Below, one piece after another: positions 1 through 8,669 of a DNA stretch of 32,000 nucleotides. The translations under genes and the position numbers were made by a program. Source of the DNA: an archaeon (lineage in GTDB: Archaea > Iainarchaeota > Iainarchaeia > Iainarchaeales > 1-14-0-10-31-34); assembly GCA_024277355.1 (NCBI GenBank), contig JAJRVL010000005.1, positions 60,001 through 92,000 of the forward strand. Direction: 5' to 3'. Under the pieces are notes generated by a model. That model ran no database searches, had not been told where the DNA came from, and saw nothing but the letters and a program-made list of their open reading frames with translations. Numbering within the stretch: the stretch's first letter is position 1; every line of letters begins with the position of its first letter.

Positions 1-351
1 TTCTTTTATTTTTTTTTCTACCATTGGAGGAAAAGCTTTTGGTCCTGTTACTGCTCCTGAAATTCCTGCTACTCTTCCTGATAATAAATGTCTTTTTTCT
101 TTTGTTCTTGGTCTTCTTGCTCTTCCTGTGTTAATGCTTCTTCCTGAAGCAGGATAAGCTCTTGCACCAATATATACCGCAGTTGTTTTTCTTCCTGCTC
201 TTATATCTGAACCTTTTTTCTGGAATGAATTTGATTCAATTGATAAAACATCTCTTTTAATTAAGTCAGGATTGTATTCTGAATCAAATACTTTTGGAAG
301 TTCTATTTCCTTGACTTTTTTTCCTTCAACTGAAACAACGTTTGCTTTCAT
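1..351 (-). CDS. rpl4: Ribosomal protein uL4 (L4), N-terminal part; continues past the left window edge
   Basis: Read by hand on the minus strand: ATG at 351 gives MKANVVSVEGKKVKEIELPKVFDSEYNPDLIKRDVLSIES..., including the uL4-like segment GRKTTAVYIGARAYPASGRSINTGRARRPRTKEKRHLLSGRVAGISGAVTGPKAFPP. Starts 4 nt after the uL3 stop. Confidence 0.9.
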   Translation of the reverse strand, partial: MKANVVSVEGKKVKEIELPKVFDSEYNPDLIKRDVLSIESNSFQKKGSDIRAGRKTTAVYIGARAYPASGRSINTGRARRPRTKEKRHLLSGRVAGISGAVTGPKAFPPMVEKKIKE

Positions 352-355
352 TTAA

Positions 356-1318
356 TCACTTTATTATATTTACATCCACTACTTTCATTGTTTTTGCTTT
401 TGTTTTTCTTATATTATGTCTTAATGCAATGCATCTTTTTGGTGTTCCTGGAATGCTTCCTGCAAGTAAAATATAATCATTTTTTATTTTTCCGTAATTT
501 TTTAATTCATTTAAGTCTTTTCCTTCGCCGACTAAAAGAATTTTTTTGTTATATTCTGTTCTTGTATGGTAACCCATTTGTCCTGGTCTTGCTACAGTAT
601 ACATTACTGTTGCTGGAGTCCAAGGAGAAATTGAACCAACAGCTCTTCTCTTTTTTGCTTTTGGTCTTTCCATTTTTACGCCAAATCTTTTAATGACTCC
701 TTGCATTCCTTTCCCTGTTGTTACTGCTTTAACATCAATAAATTGGTTTTCTTTTAATACGTCTTTTATTTTTAATTCTTTTCCTAATTTTTCTTTTGCA
801 AACTCAAACTGCTTTTCTTTTTCACCTGATAATCTTACTTCACTTACATCAGGTTTTTTCTTTCCCATTCCTGTTTCATAAGGAGATGAATGAACTAATA
901 AAGAAACATAAACTGCTTCACTTAATTTTTTTTCTAAATCTTCAACTGAATGTTTTTTCTTTTTTCTTGTAATACTTTTAATTTTTCTTTCTAAATGCTT
1001 GTTTGTTTTTTCAATTAAAACTTCTCCTAAAACTTTTTTTCCTGAAGTTGTTTTTTTGTATAATCTGATTCCAAAAACATTTAACACAGGGCATTCAATT
1101 ATTGTGGCTGAATAAACTCCTTCCTGTCCAAATCCAACTGATTTTTTTTGGTCATTTTTTGCTGTAACTGAAATCATTCCTGCTTTATAACCTAAAAAAT
1201 TTAATGGCTGGGTTTCTTTTAATTCAGGAAAAGTCTGGAAAGTAGGTGTTTCTTTTTTGGCTTTTTTTCTTGGATAATAAGCCATTGAACCTGAGTGCGG
1301 TTTATGTTTTTTTCCCAT
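356..1318 (-). CDS. rpl3: Ribosomal protein uL3 (L3)
   Basis: MGKKHKPHSGSMAYYPRKKAKKE..., FLGYKAGM, GKGMQGVIKRFGVKMERPKAKKRRAVGSISPWTPATVMYTVARPGQMGYHTRTEYNK are uL3 hallmarks. Stop codon is TGA. Confidence 0.97.
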   Translation of the reverse strand: MGKKHKPHSGSMAYYPRKKAKKETPTFQTFPELKETQPLNFLGYKAGMISVTAKNDQKKSVGFGQEGVYSATIIECPVLNVFGIRLYKKTTSGKKVLGEVLIEKTNKHLERKIKSITRKKKKHSVEDLEKKLSEAVYVSLLVHSSPYETGMGKKKPDVSEVRLSGEKEKQFEFAKEKLGKELKIKDVLKENQFIDVKAVTTGKGMQGVIKRFGVKMERPKAKKRRAVGSISPWTPATVMYTVARPGQMGYHTRTEYNKKILLVGEGKDLNELKNYGKIKNDYILLAGSIPGTPKRCIALRHNIRKTKAKTMKVVDVNIIK

Positions 1319-1483
1319 TAAATCACGTTTTTTTCCTTCAACATAAAGAATGCTGAAGTTTATACAGTGAAATCTGCTTTAAAAAAAACTAAGTTTCTTT
1401 TCTAGCATTTATGCTCCTTAGAGCACAGTCTACTATAATAAGTAGTAATACTATTTTCTGCTGTAAAACTTATTTAAAGCTTT

Positions 1484-4045
1484 CTATTGCTTTTTCACAA
1501 GCATTACTACTATTATAATTATTATTGCAAGCAATCCAATTGTTACTGCTGCATTTTGTCCTAATGAAATTAACGCTGTTGCTGCTCCTATTTCTTTTGT
1601 TTCTGATTTAGTGTTAATTTCTTTGCCATTATCAAGAACAAATGAAACAGGAATTTCTTTTTCTGTTCCATTTGTTTTTAATTTAAAGAATACTTCTTTT
1701 GTTTCTCCTGCTTTAACTTCCACTTTAGTGTTTCCTTCTAGTGTCCATTCTTCTGGAATTTCAACAATCAAATTTCCATTGATTCCTTCTGCTGTTTCAT
1801 TTTCAATTGTTATTTTTAATTCTGTTTCATTAAATACTTTTTTTGTTGTTTCAGCGGAAATTTTTATTTCTTTTTCTTCAACAATTAATTCTATTGCTTT
1901 TTCAATTCTTTTTCCTGCTGATTCAACTACAAGAACTGCATTATATTTTCCTGAATTTTCTGCTTTAATTTCAATGCTTATTGTTCTATTTGAATTAGCC
2001 GGAATTACTATGCTTTTTTCATTTGCTTTTAATAAACCTAAATCTTCCATAAAAACTCTGAATTCTTTTGATGAAGAAGAATTATTAATTAAAGTAAAAG
2101 AAATGCTGTCATCTAAAGAAACTATTTTTTTTGAAGGGAAATCAGTTACTTCAAAAGCCTGTTCTGAAGAAATTATTTTTGTGGTCTTTGACTGAACATT
2201 ACATTCTGTTAATGAAACATCATAAACCAGATAATTTTCTTTCCCTTCTAATAATTCAACTTCAATTGTTTTTGTAAAAGAATAATTTTTTGGAATGTTA
2301 ATTGAATAAGGGCTTACACTTAAATTTGTTCCGTTAATTTTTATTGTTCCTGTTTTGCTTAAAGGATTGTTTATTTTTAATGTAATTTTTTCTTTTCCTA
2401 AAACACTTTTAATGCTAGGGACTTCCAAAGAAAAATCTGAACAATTGTCTGTTGTTTCCTGTTCTTCTTCATCTTCATTTCCTGTGTTATTGTTATAGTA
2501 ATCTGAATTATTTACTTTTAAGTTAAAACTTTTTCTTGTATCTGAAAAAGAACAAGTTTCTCCATTTTCAAATTTTCCTTTTACTTTAAAATAAGCAGTT
2601 GAAGTTTTATCTGAACTTACATTATCTGTTTTTACACTAAAAGAAACATTTTTTTCAGAGTTGTTATTTATATAAGAAGGAAAATCAATGTTTCTGAATT
2701 CTGCAAAAGAAGTAAATTCATCAAAGTCTATTCCTTCAATGTAAAATCTTTCATTTGAATTGTTTTCGACTGAAAAAGAAGCTGAAAAATAATCGTTTTC
2801 ATTTAAATTTAAATTTTTTGTATTTAAGTAAATGTCATTGCATTCTCCTTCATTAAAATAAGAATTTTCTACTGTAATGTTTACTGTTTCTTCTCTTATT
2901 TCTGAATAAGAACAGTAATTTCCGCCGGAATAATGCCCTGAAATTCTAATGTAAATTTTTCCTGTTTCATTAAATGAAACTGAATTACTGTTTATTTTGT
3001 AGTCAAATTCTCTTGAAGAGTTTTTTGGAATTAAGCTTGGATTATAACTTTCTGTTGCATTAAAATAAGAACTATTATCTAATACATCAAAATCATCAAT
3101 ATAAAAAGCTGAATCAGAATAATTTCTCACAGTAAAAGAAAAAGTTTCTGAGTCATTTTCCTGTATTCTTTCATTTGAAGCACTAATACTTATGTTTCCG
3201 CATGAATTATCAAATGAGTTATCTGAAACTCTTACAATAAAATCTTTTTTTATGTCTGAATAAGAACAGGTTTTTCCTGAAGCAAATTCTCCTTTAATTT
3301 TTAAAGTTGCAGTTCCGGTTCTATCTGAATTAACTTCAGAACTATTAACTTTCAGTCTTACTTGTCCTAAACCATCTGAAGCAATAGATGAATCATTTGA
3401 ATTAGTAAAAACTCCAAAAAATGATTCATATTCAACTGGTGAAACTCCTTTAATGTAAAATCTTTCATTTGAATTATTTTTTATATTAAAAGTAACAAAT
3501 TCTGTTTCATTTTCATTCATTGCAACTGAATTAGAAAAAATTTCTATATCGTCGCAATAAGAATCAAAACCTGAATTAACTAAATCTACAAAAGCAATAT
3601 TAGAGCCTGAATTATAATAATCAGTTGAATTTTCTGCATAAACAATTACTTTATATTTTGAATAATAATCATCAATAAAAAATGCGTCATACCAGTAAAC
3701 TGTCTTGTAATTAAGATAATTTAATGAAATATTTCTTGTATTAGTTGTCTTTAAATAAACCCAGCCGTTATTGTAGCCGTAAATTTCAGCATAAGCTTGA
3801 ATCCAGTCGTTGTAATAATAGTCGCCGTAATAATTATAATAATCCAAAAAAAGTTCTGCTCTTATGTCAACTGCATCGTTGTCGTTTACATTAATTGAAT
3901 TACTCCAATAAGAATCATAATCGCTTCTTAATTCAACTGAAGAAACTTCAACAAAAAAAGGATGCGAAGTATCAGTAAACACAGCTGAATTCACATTAGA
4001 TAAAATAAAAATTAAAAGCATTATTATAGACAAAAACTTTCTCAT
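1484..4045 (-). CDS. Secreted or surface-anchored protein with an N-terminal signal, tandem Cys-paired beta-rich repeats and a C-terminal TM anchor
   Basis: The track ORF begins at a TTG (4051); the likely start is ATG at 4045 with GGTGGTT upstream. Signal peptide MRKFLSIIMLLIFILSNVNSA, many N-x-S/T sequons, C-terminal TM helix AAVTIGLLAIIIIIVVMLVKKQ. Confidence 0.85.
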   Translation of the reverse strand: MRKFLSIIMLLIFILSNVNSAVFTDTSHPFFVEVSSVELRSDYDSYWSNSINVNDNDAVDIRAELFLDYYNYYGDYYYNDWIQAYAEIYGYNNGWVYLKTTNTRNISLNYLNYKTVYWYDAFFIDDYYSKYKVIVYAENSTDYYNSGSNIAFVDLVNSGFDSYCDDIEIFSNSVAMNENETEFVTFNIKNNSNERFYIKGVSPVEYESFFGVFTNSNDSSIASDGLGQVRLKVNSSEVNSDRTGTATLKIKGEFASGKTCSYSDIKKDFIVRVSDNSFDNSCGNISISASNERIQENDSETFSFTVRNYSDSAFYIDDFDVLDNSSYFNATESYNPSLIPKNSSREFDYKINSNSVSFNETGKIYIRISGHYSGGNYCSYSEIREETVNITVENSYFNEGECNDIYLNTKNLNLNENDYFSASFSVENNSNERFYIEGIDFDEFTSFAEFRNIDFPSYINNNSEKNVSFSVKTDNVSSDKTSTAYFKVKGKFENGETCSFSDTRKSFNLKVNNSDYYNNNTGNEDEEEQETTDNCSDFSLEVPSIKSVLGKEKITLKINNPLSKTGTIKINGTNLSVSPYSINIPKNYSFTKTIEVELLEGKENYLVYDVSLTECNVQSKTTKIISSEQAFEVTDFPSKKIVSLDDSISFTLINNSSSSKEFRVFMEDLGLLKANEKSIVIPANSNRTISIEIKAENSGKYNAVLVVESAGKRIEKAIELIVEEKEIKISAETTKKVFNETELKITIENETAEGINGNLIVEIPEEWTLEGNTKVEVKAGETKEVFFKLKTNGTEKEIPVSFVLDNGKEINTKSETKEIGAATALISLGQNAAVTIGLLAIIIIIVVMLVKKQ
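2443..3562 (-). repeat. Three tandem protein-level repeats of about 118-133 residues in the surface protein
   Basis: Repeats begin at C166, C284 and C404 (ORF numbering); each has a second Cys exactly 96 residues later (C262, C380, C500) in the motif [T/Y]C-S-[YF]-S-[DE]. Shared motifs include NNSNERFYI and LxExE-like segments (MNENETEFVTFNI, IQENDSETFSFTV, LNENDYFSASFSV). Confidence 0.85.
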
Positions 4046-4143
4046 AAACAACCACCATTAACCACTCAAAAGTGGTAAAATTATATATAAGTCTGTAATT
4101 TAATGTATTTAAACATAATGTTTGAGTTTTTTACTTCTTTTTT

Positions 4144-5574
4144 TTAACCTTTTACAACTCCAATTGGAGTTAATCTTGCAACTTTTTTTGCTATTCCGCT
4201 TACTTCTAATGAATTAATTACTTCATCTATATCTTTGTATGCTTCAGGCATTTCTTCAGATAAAGTTTTTGGAGATCTGGACTTAACAAATCTTCCGTTT
4301 TCTTCCATTTCTTTTTTTACTTGTTCCCCGTTTTTTGTTTTAATTGCTTTTGTTCTGGACATTACTCTTCCTGCTCCGTGGGCAACAGAACCAAAAGTTT
4401 CCTGTAATCCTTTTTCTGTTCCTATTACAATCCATGATGAAGTTCCCATTGAGCCAGGAATAATTGCCGGATGTCCTGAATCCAGATAACTTTTTGGGTT
4501 TTCTTTTTTTCCTGCAGGAAAAGCTCTTGTTGCTCCTTTTCTATGAACTAATAATTTTTCTTTTTTTCCGTTTAATTCATGTTCTTCAAATTTAGCAATA
4601 TTATGTGCTACATCATAAACTAACTTCATTTCCATTTCTTCTGCTTTTTTTCCTAAAACTTTTTCAAAACTTTTTCTTGTCCAGTGAGTAATTAACTGCC
4701 TGTTTGCAAAAGCATAATTTACTGCACAAGCCATAGCTTCTAAATAATCTTTTCCTTCTTTTGAATTAATTGGAGTGCAGGCTAATTGTTTATCTGAAAC
4801 GTTAATTGAATATTTTTTCATTGCATTTTCCATTGTCTCTAAATAATCTGATGCAATCTGATGTCCAAAACCTCTGCTTCCGCAATGAATCATTATAGTT
4901 AAATTTCCTTTTTTTAAACCGAATTTTTCTGCTGTTTTTTCATCAAAAATTTTTTCTACTTTTTGTATTTCTAAAAAATGATTTCCTGACCCTAATGAAC
5001 CTAATTGTTTTACTCCTCTTTGAACTGCTTTTTCTGAAACTTTTTTTGGATTAGCATTTTCTAATTTTCCGTTTTCTTCTGTGTTTTCAATATCTTGTTT
5101 CCATCCAAAACCGTTTTCTACTGCCCATTTACTTCCTTTTTTCATTACTTCAATTAACTGCCTTTTATCTATTTTTAGTTGTCCTTTTGAACCTATTCCT
5201 GCAGGAACTTGCTTAAACAATTCTTCTAGTAATTCCTGTTCTTTTCCTTTAATGTCTTTTTCAGTTAAATTTGTTTTAATTAATCTTACTCCGCAGTTAA
5301 TGTCAAACCCTATTCCTCCTGGAGAAACAACACCGTTTTCTGAATTAAATGCTGCTATGCCTCCAATTGGAAAACCATAACCCCAATGACAGTCAGGCAT
5401 TGCAATTGAATATTTTTGTATTCCTGGAAGTTCAGCTACATTAACTAATTGTTGTATTGCATTTTCTTCTATTTGTTCAAGTAATTTTTTTGTTGCATAA
5501 ATTCTTGCAGGCACTAACATTTTTCCTTGCTTTTCTATTTCATAAATTCCTTTTTTTATTTCTTTTAAATTCAT
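4144..5574 (-). CDS. rtcB: tRNA-splicing ligase RtcB (3'-phosphate RNA ligase), no intein
   Basis: GGIAAFNSENGVVSPGGIGFDINCGVRL, LGSLGSGNHFLEIQ, MIHCGSRGFGHQI, HNIAKFE, VHRKGATRAFPAG, IPGSMGTSSWIV, FGSVAHGAGRVMSR. Confidence 0.97.
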   Translation of the reverse strand: MNLKEIKKGIYEIEKQGKMLVPARIYATKKLLEQIEENAIQQLVNVAELPGIQKYSIAMPDCHWGYGFPIGGIAAFNSENGVVSPGGIGFDINCGVRLIKTNLTEKDIKGKEQELLEELFKQVPAGIGSKGQLKIDKRQLIEVMKKGSKWAVENGFGWKQDIENTEENGKLENANPKKVSEKAVQRGVKQLGSLGSGNHFLEIQKVEKIFDEKTAEKFGLKKGNLTIMIHCGSRGFGHQIASDYLETMENAMKKYSINVSDKQLACTPINSKEGKDYLEAMACAVNYAFANRQLITHWTRKSFEKVLGKKAEEMEMKLVYDVAHNIAKFEEHELNGKKEKLLVHRKGATRAFPAGKKENPKSYLDSGHPAIIPGSMGTSSWIVIGTEKGLQETFGSVAHGAGRVMSRTKAIKTKNGEQVKKEMEENGRFVKSRSPKTLSEEMPEAYKDIDEVINSLEVSGIAKKVARLTPIGVVKG

Positions 5575-5586
5575 TTTGTCTTCACT

Positions 5587-6021
5587 TTAAACATCAACTA
5601 ATACTTCTGCTGTCCATTCTTCTTTTTTTTCTACTTTGAATTCATGTTTTGTTATTGCTTTGATTTCTGTTTTGATTTCGTGTTTGTCTAAATTAATTTT
5701 TTCTCCTAAACAGAAAACTATTAATTTAAATTCAGTTTTTTCATTGATTTTTTTTTCTGTTAATTTTTTTATTTGAAATTCAGAAAAAATTAATTCGTTT
5801 GCATCAATTTCAAATAATAATTCCTGCAAAAATTTAAATAAAAGTTGTTCAAATGATTCTGCTTTAATTTCAATTATTCCTTTTCCTTTTTTTTCTATTT
5901 CTTTTAAGTCAATAATTGAATTGCATAAAGCTTTACCTGAATTAATAATTAGTTCTTCTTTTGTTTTGCCGTAAGCCTTAAATTTAATGTCTGCTGTATG
6001 CTCTAAATATTCATATTGCAT
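5587..6021 (-). CDS. Archease (RtcB activator)
   Basis: MQYEYLEHTADIKFKAYGKTKEELIINSGKAL... and C-terminal EIKAITKHEFKVEKKEEWTAEVLVDV. Adjacent to and upstream of rtcB in the same direction. Confidence 0.93.
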   Translation of the reverse strand: MQYEYLEHTADIKFKAYGKTKEELIINSGKALCNSIIDLKEIEKKGKGIIEIKAESFEQLLFKFLQELLFEIDANELIFSEFQIKKLTEKKINEKTEFKLIVFCLGEKINLDKHEIKTEIKAITKHEFKVEKKEEWTAEVLVDV

Positions 6022-6070
6022 AATAAAAGAAAGGAAACCAGCTTTTATTAAAGGTTTTTAAAATTAGAAA

Positions 6071-6388
6071 TTATTCCTTTAATTCAATTTCAACGTGAAC
6101 TTGTTCTGGGATTTCTACTCTCATTATTCTTCTTAAAGTTCTTTCGTCTGCTTCAATGTCTAATAATCTTTTATGAATTCTCATTTCCCATTTATCAATT
6201 GAACTTGTTCCGCCGCCAGGCATTCCTTTTCTTGTAGGAACAGTTAATTTTCTTGTAGGTAAAGGAATACTTCCTGAATGCTTTACTCCTGTTCTGTTTG
6301 CGACTTCTTTAATTTTTTCACAGATATCTTCAAGTAATTTGAAGTCAGGGCTTGTTAATTTAATTCTTGCTTTTCTCATATATATCAA
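6071..6388 (-). CDS. rps10: Ribosomal protein uS10 (S10); start may be the internal Met4 (6379)
   Basis: SGSIPLPTRKLTVPTRKG and DKWEMRIHKRLLDIEADERTLRRIMRVEIPEQVHVEIELKE. Confidence 0.95.
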   Translation of the reverse strand: MIYMRKARIKLTSPDFKLLEDICEKIKEVANRTGVKHSGSIPLPTRKLTVPTRKGMPGGGTSSIDKWEMRIHKRLLDIEADERTLRRIMRVEIPEQVHVEIELKE

Positions 6389-6455
6389 TATTCCTTTGAT
6401 TTAATCTTTTCTAAAATAGCTTAAAAAAGATAAAAGAAATGAAAGCTTAAAGCCT

Positions 6456-7721
<1,266 letters not shown>

Positions 7722-7924
7722 TTGAAATACACCTCCAAAGGTAAAATTCACTTTAATGTTTGAACATTTAATTTTGTAAAAAAACACTTTAATTAAAGAA
7801 AATAGTGCTTTCTCCAATTATTATTCTTTAAAACAAAAACTATTTAAATGCTTTTATAAAGGATTCTGGATTCTTTTAACTTAAAAAACATATTTTTAAA
7901 TTAAAGTTTGAAGTTAATTATTTT

Positions 7925-8662
7925 ATGCCAAAAGGAAAAAACAGGCTGCCTAAAAGCAGGTTAGTGGAAGTTCTTTCAGAGAAAAAAAAAGTGTTGGAAA
8001 TAAAAAGACCTAAATCAATGGAAAAAAGCAGGATTATTTCTCCTAAACTGGCTTTAAAGACTGCAGTAACTTTTTTAAATGATGCGACAAAAAGAAATTC
8101 TAATAATTCAACTAAATTTTTTCATAAATTAAAATCTTCAAAAAGTACAAGTTCTTTTGCTATTTTTGGTTTTGGTGGAAGAAATATTAACAGAGGAGCT
8201 TTTGTTCAAAGAATTGAATCCATATTAAAAGGAGATGATTTAACTGAAGTTAAAAGACAGTTTGAAAGACAGTTTAGTAAATTAACAAGATATTCTTTGG
8301 CTGATTTAGTTGAATTAAGCGGAAGTCCTTTGTTAGGTTCAAGAGGAACCGCTAAAGTTGAAGTTACAAAAAAAAATGGCGTTAATAATGTTGTTTTGCT
8401 TGGTGCGGCTGTTCCAAGTTTTAAAAGAAATTCTACAGTAGTTGAAAGAAATAAGCGTTTTCTTTATGAAAATTTAATTAATAATGTTAGAAGGGTTTAT
8501 GGAAAAAAAACTAATTTTACAATTAGAATTCCAAAAGAAGATTCAAGAATTGCAAGTTATTTAGAAAGCAAATTTGTTATTGAAAAAACTGAATCAATGC
8601 CTAATATTATAAGTTTAACAATAGACTTAAGTAAAACATATAAAAGAAAAAAAGGAAAATAA
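7925..8662 (+). CDS. Hypothetical basic protein, 245 aa, inserted on the opposite strand between EF-1alpha and EF-2
   Basis: Full ORF with ATG and TAA; Lys/Arg-rich ends (MPKGKNRLPKSR... and ...LSKTYKRKKGK). Not covered by a credible opposite-strand gene. Not recognised as a known family. Confidence 0.75.
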   Translation: MPKGKNRLPKSRLVEVLSEKKKVLEIKRPKSMEKSRIISPKLALKTAVTFLNDATKRNSNNSTKFFHKLKSSKSTSSFAIFGFGGRNINRGAFVQRIESILKGDDLTEVKRQFERQFSKLTRYSLADLVELSGSPLLGSRGTAKVEVTKKNGVNNVVLLGAAVPSFKRNSTVVERNKRFLYENLINNVRRVYGKKTNFTIRIPKEDSRIASYLESKFVIEKTESMPNIISLTIDLSKTYKRKKGK

Positions 8663-8669
8663 TTTTTTT

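Noticed and set aside
1611-2195. 194-aa plus-strand ORF
   Set aside because: Entirely antisense to the surface-protein gene; codon bias of the AT-rich coding strand creates long antisense open frames. No recognisable domain.
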